Below, piece after piece: positions 10,209 to 19,934 of a stretch of 45,532 nucleotides of DNA (the first letter of the stretch is position 1; every line of letters begins with the position of its first letter). The notes beneath the pieces are model-generated. The model was not told the DNA's origin, did not search any database, and was given only the letters and a program-made list of their open reading frames with translations. The stretch lies in sequence record DRR723986_8415. One strand, written 5' to 3'. A program made the translations under genes and the position numbers.

Positions 10209-10453
10209 TGCTCGACAGAGTTCCCTGGTCTTTGTAAAGCTTCCAAACGACAACAGACGGTCACTGCGAATCCGCGCGGACCGATAGCGTTTCACATTGG
10301 CTCGAGTTGTCGTTATGCACCGAAAAGGGGCAGATATTCGGTGCGTGTTCGCCGACGGGGCTCGATGTTACTAGATAATTCGTACCCAGTTGTCCGATTA
10401 TTGCGGAAAACGAAAAAATCGTCCGAAAACGGCAGTCGAGCCACCCGCAATGA

Positions 10454-11626
10454 CTAGATTTTCGTCGGCAATTGCGAGACTAGGTGATCTCGAAGAAGTG
10501 ATGAAACTGCGTAGGCTGGACCGATTCGCGAGAGTTCGCTGCCGATATGGTGACGCAAGTCCAAGATTTCGCATTGGATGCCAGAGCTGCTCGTCAGAGC
10601 TTCTTGCGTAGCCTTCATTAGAGGCCATCCGTGCCCGCCAAAAAGGATGTGAAACTGGTGCGACTCGAGCGATTCGTCGACTTCTTCCTGAAACTGTTTA
10701 GCCGCATGGTGTATGGCTCGAGCAATTTGGATCGCTTGGGCCGAAACAAGCTGCTGAGCGATTTGCCGTGTCACGTCTTGCCCAACAGTTTCTTCATCCT
10801 CGCCGATCAAGCGTGCGAGTCGGCGATGCGCGCCAGCGGACGTGCGAGGCCCACCGTCAGCTCCGCCCCCCGCTTCCTCTGGCAATTCGTCGGCCTCTCC
10901 CAGAAGTAGGTATGCATCCTCAGACGTAGCAAAATGCTCGGCCATCAAAGGCACTTGGCTGGTTTCGGAGCCTTGTTCGATCGACACCTCGGACAGGATC
11001 ATTGCTGCACTAGTTCGCTGAAACCCAGTGTAGACCAATTGACCTGTTTCGATACGCTCACGGTCTGTTCGTGAGTCAGTTGCAACCAGACCTTTCTTGA
11101 TCGGAGTTATATCAGTCGTGGTCGAGCCGATGTCGATGACAAGCCGTAGTGCAGATTTGCTTGCTTCCGGGCTAAAGTGCTGCCATTGCTGCCCCGCCAC
11201 CCAGCGGGCGAACGCGTGCCAGTTGCTGGCCGCCACTGCCCAAGGGTTTTGCCGAGCTTCGGTGGAGGATAGCCAGCTACCATCAACGCCGTAAACGAAC
11301 AATTGACGCTCGTCCCATACGGATTCCAATTGATCGATAATGGCGGCCACGCCTTTGCGTCGAGTTGCGAAGCAGTCCGCCAGTTCGCCGGTCATCGTCA
11401 CGCCGACGCGAACTTCACTTTGGAAACTCTGTTTGCCAAGGAGCGTTTTCAACTGGCTACCAAGCGATTCGTGCTGGAGCCACATTGGGAATTCTTTACT
11501 CCACGTCTTGCCGGAAGCCGTCGCAGCCTTCAGATTGGCACCGCCAATGTCAACGCCCAGAATCTCAGTTGGGTGTAATCGTGTTTCCAAACTAGCAGGT
11601 CCCTCACGCACCACAAACGCTTGCAC
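10454..11626 (-). CDS. mfnF: Hydantoinase/oxoprolinase-fold protein, MfnF/Orf9-like (H4MPT-linked C1 pathway, methanofuran-type cofactor synthesis)
   Basis: GVDIGGANLK, VTMTGELADCF, AASNWHA, DIGSTTTDI, LVYTG, EHFAT motifs. Confidence 0.82.
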   Translation of the reverse strand: MQAFVVREGPASLETRLHPTEILGVDIGGANLKAATASGKTWSKEFPMWLQHESLGSQLKTLLGKQSFQSEVRVGVTMTGELADCFATRRKGVAAIIDQLESVWDERQLFVYGVDGSWLSSTEARQNPWAVAASNWHAFARWVAGQQWQHFSPEASKSALRLVIDIGSTTTDITPIKKGLVATDSRTDRERIETGQLVYTGFQRTSAAMILSEVSIEQGSETSQVPLMAEHFATSEDAYLLLGEADELPEEAGGGADGGPRTSAGAHRRLARLIGEDEETVGQDVTRQIAQQLVSAQAIQIARAIHHAAKQFQEEVDESLESHQFHILFGGHGWPLMKATQEALTSSSGIQCEILDLRHHIGSELSRIGPAYAVSSLLRDHLVSQLPTKI

Positions 11627-11635
11627 TACCGTGGC

Positions 11636-13492
11636 CTAACTGCGGTAGTCACCGATTCCGGTTGCTTCGCGTTGCATCTGTTCCAGTTGGTTGATCTGCG
11701 TGGCTTCGAAATGCACTGGGAGAATAATCGTGAATTGGCTGCCCGTACCTAACTGGCTGGCCAGTCTAACTTCGCCGCCTAGGAGTTTGCAGAGTTCTTT
11801 GACGATCGATAGGCCTAGGCCCGTGCCGCTGTGATTTCGTGTTAAACCACCATTCTTCAGCACTTCGTTACTCTGTCGAAACTTCTCAAAAATGACACCG
11901 AAATCTTCTTCGGGAATGCCTACACCGGTATCAGACACCTCTACGAAAAACGTTTCGTTATCAAAAAAGCCGACCGTCACAGTAACGATACCGCCATCGG
12001 GCGTGAACTTGATCGCATTGGACAGGAGATTTGTCAGTACCTGCTGGATCTTCGGCTGGTCCTGAAAAACCTCCAGGGAATCCTCCTTCGTGATTAGCTG
12101 CATGTCCATGTTCTTGTCGTCGACCAAGCTTCGGAGCATGTCACACTGGGCTTCGACAAGCATGTTTAAATTGAAGGAGGTGGGGGTGACAGTCATCTTT
12201 CCCGCCTCGACCTTCGCCAGGTCCAAGATGTCGTTGATCATCTCCAGAAGTAGCTTGCCGGACGACTGGATGTTGCCTGCGTACTTTCGTTGCTTTTCGT
12301 TGAGTGCGGGAATGTCGCCAAGCACTTCACTGAATCCAATAATGCTATTCAGCGGCGTTCGTAACTCGTGGCTCATGTTTGCAAGAAAATCACTCTTCAG
12401 GCGATTCGCTTCAAATAGATTCAGGTTTGCTTGGGCCAGTTGATCAACTCGCACATCCAACTCGTTGTTCAAACGCCGAAGCTTACTTTGCCCTTCCGTC
12501 ATGTGGCGGAGCATCTGGTTGAACGAGTCAGCTAGCTCATTGAATTCATCCCCCGTGTCGATGCTTGCTCTCAAGTCCGTCTTGCCGCTACCGATTGCTT
12601 CGGAAACGGTCTTCAGGTGGGTCAGCGGTCGCAGAACAAGTTGTCGCATCACCCAGTGGACGACCACGAGCGTCGCGGCGATGGTGACCATTGCGATGGC
12701 AATCAAAATCGCAACCGTGGAGGTCGATGCCACAGCCTTCTGACTGTAAGGGATCATTACTTTGACGGCGCGGAATGGCCGAAGATCAGCGGTGGACTCA
12801 TCGTGTCTTCCGTGACAAGTGATACAGCGATCGTCGAAATGCACTGCTTTGTAATAGACATACCAGCCTTCAGGCGGTTGCACGCGGTCCTTCCAAAGTG
12901 GATTGTCCGCAGGTTCAAAATACGGATCATCGAAATCCCGAAATAGCAGCGGCTTCTCATCGTCTTGTCCTTCACTACCGTCCGCTGACGCTGCATTCAA
13001 CGCAGTGTTAGGATCTGCCAGAGCCGCTTCTGCGTCGCGAGCAACGTAGTATGCCCGATATTCGTCCGCTAACTGCTGAACCTTCTCCATTTCCTTGCCG
13101 ACACTTGGGAGTTCGGATCGATTCAGTGATCGGTACTGATCGGTCTGCTCAAGCATCAAGTACTGGTGATGGTAGTCAGGGTTCTTGATCAAGTCGTCTC
13201 GCAGGAGTTGCATCACTTCCTTGGAGTACAGCGTCGGCAGATCCAATTGAGTCGATGCGGTGTGTTGCCACAGCACAACTTTGTCAACATGGTCGCTAGC
13301 CTTTTGCCGCAGCGTTCGGAGCGCTAGTCCTTGGGCGACAACTTCCAGCACGAACCAGAATGCTAGCCCAATCGGGATCAGCAGCGCTACGCCGAAGAAC
13401 AGTAGGCTCTTGTGCTCGAGCCGCCATCCGCTTACGAGGCGACGTATCGTTTTGTTCGTCCAGCGAAGGATGATTCGAACAATATTGAGCAT
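11636..13492 (-). CDS. Membrane sensor histidine kinase with extracytoplasmic c-type heme motif (Tll0287/DUF3365-like), HAMP, HisKA and HATPase domains
   Basis: Two TM helices; CITCH before TM2; HAMP (RPL..L....DEFNELADSFN); H-box MSHELRTPLN; NLLSNAIKFT, DTGVGI, GTGLGL. Confidence 0.93.
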   Translation of the reverse strand: MLNIVRIILRWTNKTIRRLVSGWRLEHKSLLFFGVALLIPIGLAFWFVLEVVAQGLALRTLRQKASDHVDKVVLWQHTASTQLDLPTLYSKEVMQLLRDDLIKNPDYHHQYLMLEQTDQYRSLNRSELPSVGKEMEKVQQLADEYRAYYVARDAEAALADPNTALNAASADGSEGQDDEKPLLFRDFDDPYFEPADNPLWKDRVQPPEGWYVYYKAVHFDDRCITCHGRHDESTADLRPFRAVKVMIPYSQKAVASTSTVAILIAIAMVTIAATLVVVHWVMRQLVLRPLTHLKTVSEAIGSGKTDLRASIDTGDEFNELADSFNQMLRHMTEGQSKLRRLNNELDVRVDQLAQANLNLFEANRLKSDFLANMSHELRTPLNSIIGFSEVLGDIPALNEKQRKYAGNIQSSGKLLLEMINDILDLAKVEAGKMTVTPTSFNLNMLVEAQCDMLRSLVDDKNMDMQLITKEDSLEVFQDQPKIQQVLTNLLSNAIKFTPDGGIVTVTVGFFDNETFFVEVSDTGVGIPEEDFGVIFEKFRQSNEVLKNGGLTRNHSGTGLGLSIVKELCKLLGGEVRLASQLGTGSQFTIILPVHFEATQINQLEQMQREATGIGDYRS

Positions 13493-13801
13493 GGCGACGT
13501 TTGGTTACGAAGAACTTGCACGCCAAAGAAGAAAGGTATCCGCGGCGATCAGTGACTCTAGAGACTAATACAGTCTATTCATTTCACCGGCGTCGCGAAA
13601 TGCCAGCAAGTGGCATAGAGTCCGAAACGGGACGCGATTCTTGCTTTGCCATTCTGCCCAACGTACTCCAGCGTATGTGACTAGGACGCAAACTCTGTCC
13701 GAGCGCAACGCCGGGCCACAAATCGGCTGGAGCACAGTGCAGTTTGCGCCAGAAGGTCGGCATCGGTTCACTGCTACCCAGCTCGAGTGCTTGTGATGTC
13801 C

Positions 13802-16800
13802 TTAGCGTCGTGCTTTGTCTAGCTTGGCAGCGGTCGCGTCGGATTTTTCTGGAACGAATCCGAGGTAGGTCATCAAATCGCGGATCTCTGCCGCGCTGAG
13901 TTCGTCCATCAGCCCGCTTGGCATCAACGACTGCTTGCTCGGCAAGATTTCATCGACGTCTTGCGCGGCAACAAAATGCTCTTTAAGCTCCGAATCTCGG
14001 ATCAATAGAGTGTTATCGGGTTGTTGACTAACGACTCCACTGAGCACCCTTCCGTCGATCGTAAGCACCTTCTTCGTGCGGTACTGATCACTGATGATGT
14101 GCGAAGGATACAGGATCGACTCGATTGCTTCCTTGCGAGTGAAGCGACTGGCGATTGTCGTCAGGTCGGGACCAATCGGGGAGCCAGTGCTGCCCATTTT
14201 GTGACAGCTCGCACACTGTGCCTTACTGTAGACGACTTCACCGGCCGCCAGTGAGCCGCTTCTTCCATCCGTTGACAGGAAGTACTCGAACAGAGTTTCC
14301 ATGTTCCACGGAGATGCCTTTTCCAGCTTCGGAAGCTCCGCCGGTGGTAATTCAGGGAATTTGTCAGCGTACCAATTTTGCCAAGCAATTAGCTGATCAC
14401 TGGGCTTCGGCACATCGAATGATTTACCGGTCCAGTACGACAGCAACCGGAGAGCTGGCATAGGACTTTGTTCTTCACGTTGCATTCTAAGCCCGTGCAA
14501 GATGGCTTCGCGCAGGGCCCGCGGATCGTCGGTCGCATGCGGAACTCGACGAAGAGCGTTCATCACTTCGGCCACCGCAAAGGATTCAAGAACAGGCATG
14601 CTTCGAATCAGGTAGTCCCAGTTCTCGTCGCTCGGGTGTTGTGCAAGGCCAAGGGCGATGGCCTGCCTTCGTTCCGGAGTCCTGACCCAAATCTCGCGTA
14701 GATAAGCTTGCGCCTCAGGTCCCCCGTGCTGCGATAGCATGGCGACGATTCCGGTACGAAGTCTTTTAAATTGTTCGCCGTTGAAACCGGGGCGATCAAT
14801 CTCTTTGTCGAGGTTGATTAGTGTCGCCAGATCATTTTCGTCGAGCGTGTCGGGGTATCGGTACAGGGAAACCAGCGCCGCGTTGGGCCACTTCGCCCCT
14901 TCGGATACGAAGATCCGGGCCTCCTCGAGCGGCAGATCTTTACACAGGTTCCTTGTGATGTTCATCACATACAGTGGAACACTGCTGCCAGCTTCGACGG
15001 GCTGAGTCTCTTCAAAGAACTTTACCAGAGCATAGCGTTGGTCCTGGGTCCATTCGACATCCATGTAACTTAAGTGCATCGCAATCAACATCCGTTCGGC
15101 CATGTCTATGTCGGATTGGATGTAGGAGATTGCTTCAGGAACAACGTCGGTTGCGTTCATGAAAGCCAGCAAACGCATCAGCTCGCGATTCAAGATTGGC
15201 TCGCCAACTGGGAATTCTTCAGTTAGCGCGACCCGCAGTTCTTGTAGTTCGTCAGGCTTCATTCCGCTGCGATGCAAGGCAACCTGCGTTACTCGCAACA
15301 AGTCCATGAAGTCACGATCGCTGACAAAGCCTTCCAGCATCTCGAGGGTCATCTCGACAACAGCTTGGGCGTTTTCCTCAGTTGGTTCAGTGATGACCAA
15401 AGCCAAGGCAGCGTTGATTCGAACGCGTGTGTCTTCGTGGGAAAGCAGTTCGACCTTCCACTGCTCAGGATCGATACGCTCCAGCAGCCTTCGGGCCGCC
15501 CAAACGATTCGTGTATCTGTACTGCTAAAGAGGGGCTCTAATTGGTCAGCCGTCGTCGTTACTCCAGCTCGGAGCAATGATTCGCACGCGGCTTGCTGAA
15601 CGCCAGGATCGCTATCAGAAAGTAGCGAAACGAGGTCCTGCATGACGTCTTCATTGTCGCCGTGAAGTGCCATCAGTTGAGCACTCTTCGCTCGCACTCC
15701 CTCGTTAGGAGATTCGGCTAGAGCAGCAAGAAGCTCCGGAGTAGGCGTTGGGCCGAACAGTTGCATCAAGTCGAGTGCTCTTGTTCGGTACTTAGAAGGA
15801 TTCTCGTCGCTGAAGGCAACGCCGGCGACAGAGTCTGCCCAGCTAGCGCCCAGTTTGCGTTTGAGCTGCGCAATCTCTTGGCGTGCCCACGCGGAATCGA
15901 GTTGAGGTTGGCGAATGGCTCTTGCGATGCCACTGCCCAAGTCGGAGACTTCAGGTGGTATCTTACCCTTCCAACTGACTTGATAGATGCCGCCCTTTGT
16001 TCCGCGACCGCCGGTGCAGAAATACATGTTTCCATCTGGGCCAATGGCCAAGTCGGTTACGTTGAGAGGTTGGCCCTGCAGGAATACCTCACTCTGTGCA
16101 CCATTTTTCTCATCCAAGCGAACGCACAAGATCCGCCCTTGTGTCCAGTCGGCCAGGAACAACGCGCCGTGGAATCGTTGTGGGAAGGTGAAGTGATCGT
16201 AAACTGCTGCACCGGTGGGGGACCCTCGTCCAGTTTCCAACAGTGGCGCGAGGCGGTCTAAATAGTAGCTGGGCCACTTTGCCCAACCACTTCGCCAGCC
16301 AAACTCACTTCCTTCAACAACTTCGTAGACGCTCGTAGGGCGATACCATACCGAACCTTCGTCAGACTCCATATCGCTGTCGTGAACGAACATCCGACCA
16401 CTCGGGTGAATGGCAAGATCAAACGCGTTGCGCAGTCCGCCAGCGACCAGTTCGACTTCTTTGCCTTCGGTGTCCAATCTAATGATGGTTCCACCAGGCG
16501 CTTTGATGCCGTTGGCGTGTCCACCCGGATCTTCCAGGCGTGGCGTGGCTAAATCGCCTTCATAGTATTCTTGCAAAGGGCTTGTCGGTGCGTATTCTCC
16601 ATCGAATTCGACGTGGTTGCCTAGTACGCAGTAGATTCTTCCGTCGGGGCCGAGCGTCAGTCCATGGGCGCCGTGCTCGCCACCTTCTCCCTTGAATCCA
16701 ATGATTTTCTGCGCGTCTTCCAGAGATCCATTTCGGTCTTCATCAATCAGTCGGTAGATACCACTGCCGTCAGGTCCGTCGCCGGTCACGTAAACGTCGC

Positions 16801-17656
16801 CGTTGAGTGGCAGGATGCCTTGAACGTTGTCCACCAGATCGCAGTATTCTCTGCGACGATCCACGACTCCATCTTTGTCGCTGTCGTAGATCAGTACTAG
16901 CGGCCCGCCTTCTTCGGCGGCGATGATGTGCCCGAACTCATTGAAGGCCATGTTGACCAACGAGCCCGCATCGTCGCTGCCAATGATCTCGTTGACTTCA
17001 AATTCTCGGCTGATACGAAAACGCTGATTTTCACTTAGACGCGTAGCGCTGGTTTCTGATCGTCGGTCCCAAGGTGCAGTTTCGCCCAACGGACCAAACA
17101 CTTGAGTGGGCTTCCAGCTTGTGTCGTTGAACGCGACGCCTTGCCAGCCGACGTAGTACTCAATCGTGCTCCGCCAGTTTTGATTTGTTGAATAGCTTCT
17201 CCAGCCCTCACCTGCAGGTTTCACAAAAACCCTCGCAGCAAGTGCCGCTGGACCGTCGGCCGCGTTGCGAACGCGGACTGCGACAACATTGCGACCACGC
17301 CGAAGCAGTTGGCCGACTTCGTATTGTTCCATTTGCTGGATCGAGTTGCCGCTGCCGACTTGGCGACCATTGACGTACAGGTCATACGAGTCGTCAGCGG
17401 TAATCGTGATGGTGGCCTGTTCTACCGCTCCGACCTGCAGAACGCGGCGGAAATAGCACTCACCGGCGGGCGCACGACCACGAGGGTGCTCGGGCGACCA
17501 AACCCACTGCGCTTCTTGGCCGATGGCCGGTGCGCTGAGGCTTGCGGAAAGACAAAGAATAAGCGCAACTAGGCTTCGCTTCAGTGAGCTCGTTAGTCCT
17601 AGTCGATCCAAATTGCGTTGACGCACCGTTTCGATCCTTCGAATTCCGGTTTCCAT
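13802..17656 (-). CDS. PVC-type heme-binding membrane-associated dehydrogenase-like protein (N-terminal galactose-binding-like domain, beta-propeller, HEAT repeats, C-terminal cytochrome c)
   Basis: Signal peptide; ITADDSYDLYVNG; GEHGAHGL, GGLRNAFD, GRGSPTG; HEAT-like helices; CASCH..IGPDLT..ESILYPS..SLMP. Confidence 0.9.
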   Translation of the reverse strand: METGIRRIETVRQRNLDRLGLTSSLKRSLVALILCLSASLSAPAIGQEAQWVWSPEHPRGRAPAGECYFRRVLQVGAVEQATITITADDSYDLYVNGRQVGSGNSIQQMEQYEVGQLLRRGRNVVAVRVRNAADGPAALAARVFVKPAGEGWRSYSTNQNWRSTIEYYVGWQGVAFNDTSWKPTQVFGPLGETAPWDRRSETSATRLSENQRFRISREFEVNEIIGSDDAGSLVNMAFNEFGHIIAAEEGGPLVLIYDSDKDGVVDRRREYCDLVDNVQGILPLNGDVYVTGDGPDGSGIYRLIDEDRNGSLEDAQKIIGFKGEGGEHGAHGLTLGPDGRIYCVLGNHVEFDGEYAPTSPLQEYYEGDLATPRLEDPGGHANGIKAPGGTIIRLDTEGKEVELVAGGLRNAFDLAIHPSGRMFVHDSDMESDEGSVWYRPTSVYEVVEGSEFGWRSGWAKWPSYYLDRLAPLLETGRGSPTGAAVYDHFTFPQRFHGALFLADWTQGRILCVRLDEKNGAQSEVFLQGQPLNVTDLAIGPDGNMYFCTGGRGTKGGIYQVSWKGKIPPEVSDLGSGIARAIRQPQLDSAWARQEIAQLKRKLGASWADSVAGVAFSDENPSKYRTRALDLMQLFGPTPTPELLAALAESPNEGVRAKSAQLMALHGDNEDVMQDLVSLLSDSDPGVQQAACESLLRAGVTTTADQLEPLFSSTDTRIVWAARRLLERIDPEQWKVELLSHEDTRVRINAALALVITEPTEENAQAVVEMTLEMLEGFVSDRDFMDLLRVTQVALHRSGMKPDELQELRVALTEEFPVGEPILNRELMRLLAFMNATDVVPEAISYIQSDIDMAERMLIAMHLSYMDVEWTQDQRYALVKFFEETQPVEAGSSVPLYVMNITRNLCKDLPLEEARIFVSEGAKWPNAALVSLYRYPDTLDENDLATLINLDKEIDRPGFNGEQFKRLRTGIVAMLSQHGGPEAQAYLREIWVRTPERRQAIALGLAQHPSDENWDYLIRSMPVLESFAVAEVMNALRRVPHATDDPRALREAILHGLRMQREEQSPMPALRLLSYWTGKSFDVPKPSDQLIAWQNWYADKFPELPPAELPKLEKASPWNMETLFEYFLSTDGRSGSLAAGEVVYSKAQCASCHKMGSTGSPIGPDLTTIASRFTRKEAIESILYPSHIISDQYRTKKVLTIDGRVLSGVVSQQPDNTLLIRDSELKEHFVAAQDVDEILPSKQSLMPSGLMDELSAAEIRDLMTYLGFVPEKSDATAAKLDKARR

Positions 17657-17972
17657 AGCGGCTACAGTTCCCTCAGTCCTTTGGTGTTAAACTACATGGC
17701 CACCAGGGGTCAATACCATCCAAAGATTGGAATGCAAGCAGTCGAACTCGTGCAACACTTGGAAAGCTGACAGTTCGTCCCCCCATCGACGGTCATGGTC
17801 GCTAGCAATCGTGGGAAGAGCGAAACGAGCTTTGGTTCAGGTTTTCGGTAAACCGCTTCAGGCGAGAAGCACGATACTTTTGGTGCACAAAGAACAGCAA
17901 TGCTAGCCACACGAAGGCGCGTCATTGGTGTTCTCGTTAGAGGTGCCAACGTGCACCCCAGGAAATTTCATC

Positions 17973-19586
17973 ATGACGAACAACATGTCAGCCGACGGCC
18001 AAGAAAGCAACTCTATGCAGGCAGAAACCGATTACATCATCTTGGGCGGCGGCCCAGCAGGCCTGCAATTGGCGTATTACTTTGAGCGAGATGGTCGCGA
18101 GTACCAGATTATTGAAGCTGGGAATAACGTTGGGACATTCTTCGAGATGTACCCACGACACCGGCAATTGATTTCCATTAACAAAGTGTACACCGGTACG
18201 GATGACCCCGAACTGCGACTCCGTCACGACTGGAACTCTCTGCTGACGGACGACCACTCGCATCTTTTTCGGGATTACTCGAAGGAGTATTTTCCTCCAG
18301 CAGATGCGATCGTTGATTACCTGCGTGATTTTGCCGATCGTTTCAAGATCAAGGTGCGGTCAAACACTCGTATACACCGCATCGAGAGCGAAGGCGGCAA
18401 GTACTGCTTGACGGATGGGGATGGGAATGAATTTCGATGCAATAAACTGATCGTCGCAACCGGTGTGAGCAAAGCGTACATTCCGGACATTCCCGGCATC
18501 GAACTTACCGAGAATTACGATGTCGTTAACGTGGATCCGCAGGACTTCATTGACCAGAGGGTGCTGATCGTTGGTAAGGGGAATTCTGCCTTTGAGACGG
18601 CAGATAACTTGGTTCCCACGGCATCACTGATTCACTTGGTCAGCCCTTTCCCAATTGATTTTGCCTGGAAGACGCACTTTGTCGGTGACTTGCGAGCGGT
18701 CAACAACAATATTCTGGATACCTATCAACTGAAGAGCCAAAATGCGATCCTTGACGCCGAAACCAACAGCATCCGAAAGCGTGAGGATGGCACATTTGCT
18801 GTCCAGTTCAGCTACAAACATGCTGAAGGCGAGGTCGAAGAGCTGATCTACGACAGAGTGATTTGCTGTACAGGATTTCGTTTTGACAACAGTATCTTCG
18901 CAGAGGGCACATCGCCTGAACTGACGATCTTCGACAAGTTTCCGAATCTTACATGCGAATGGGAGTCTATCAATCAAGACAACATGTTCTTCATTGGTAC
19001 CCTGATGCAGATGCGTGATTACAAGAAGACGACATCTGGGTTCATCCACGGTTTTCGTTACAACGTTGAAGCGTTCTCGAAGCTGCTCTCGGCCAAGTTT
19101 CACAATGCACCTTGGCCAAGCAAGTCCCTCAAGCTAGAAGCCAAAGAGTTGACGGACCACTTGTTGAGCCGAATTAATGGCTCCAGCGCCCTGTGGCAGC
19201 AGCAGTCGTTCCTAGGCGATGTCGCCGTACTCGAAGACGATGGTAGCGTCACCTACTACGAAGGGATGCCGGTTGCGTATCTGCAAAAACACTATGTTGA
19301 CAACGACCGACGTTGTTTCGTGTTAACGCTAGAGTTCGGCACGATGTCGCCTGATGAGGATCCGTTTCGCGTCAATCGAATTCGCCGCGACAATGTGGCG
19401 AAGGCTGCCAGCAGCCAGTTCTTGCATCCAGCAATTCGCGAATACGAGAATGGTGTCAAGGTTTCTGAACACCACATTATCGAGGATTTAGAAGCGGTTT
19501 GGAAAGAACCAGAACACATTGATCCGCTGGTGAAATATTTGGACAGCCGGATCCACTCTACGGACAATCGGGTACCCTGGGAATAG
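17973..19586 (+). CDS. FAD/NAD(P)-dependent oxidoreductase, FOXRED2 (ERFAD)-like
   Basis: GGGPAG FAD motif, PRHRQLISINK, LRHDWNSLL, VATG, GKGNSAFE, THFVGDLRAVNN..LDTYQLKS, GFIHGFRY; AGGA upstream of ATG 17973. Confidence 0.88.
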   Translation: MTNNMSADGQESNSMQAETDYIILGGGPAGLQLAYYFERDGREYQIIEAGNNVGTFFEMYPRHRQLISINKVYTGTDDPELRLRHDWNSLLTDDHSHLFRDYSKEYFPPADAIVDYLRDFADRFKIKVRSNTRIHRIESEGGKYCLTDGDGNEFRCNKLIVATGVSKAYIPDIPGIELTENYDVVNVDPQDFIDQRVLIVGKGNSAFETADNLVPTASLIHLVSPFPIDFAWKTHFVGDLRAVNNNILDTYQLKSQNAILDAETNSIRKREDGTFAVQFSYKHAEGEVEELIYDRVICCTGFRFDNSIFAEGTSPELTIFDKFPNLTCEWESINQDNMFFIGTLMQMRDYKKTTSGFIHGFRYNVEAFSKLLSAKFHNAPWPSKSLKLEAKELTDHLLSRINGSSALWQQQSFLGDVAVLEDDGSVTYYEGMPVAYLQKHYVDNDRRCFVLTLEFGTMSPDEDPFRVNRIRRDNVAKAASSQFLHPAIREYENGVKVSEHHIIEDLEAVWKEPEHIDPLVKYLDSRIHSTDNRVPWE

Positions 19587-19934
19587 AACGCAGTTTTTGT
19601 ACCCCAAGCAAATTCGGTACGCTCCGCCGAGCAGACTACCAAGCCAGTCGCTCTTCAGTCGGGTTCAGTCTGTATTTCACCTTGCGCCTAAGGCTTTTTC
19701 TGGCAAGACCGTTCGGTTCGCCATCTTTATGGGCCTGCTAAACGCCCCTTCCAGGTCGCTGCGGTTACTTTAATTGCCGCCACTTCTCGGCACCGCGAGC
19801 TTAAAGAATTCTTAATCAACAGTCGCTAGGCCGCCCACCGGATTCCGAGCAGAATCTGCATGAGCTGTCCGCAAAACCCGCAACACACGGGATGCCAGCT
19901 TTTTCAATCACCTCGATTCTTAGAAGGACTCGAA

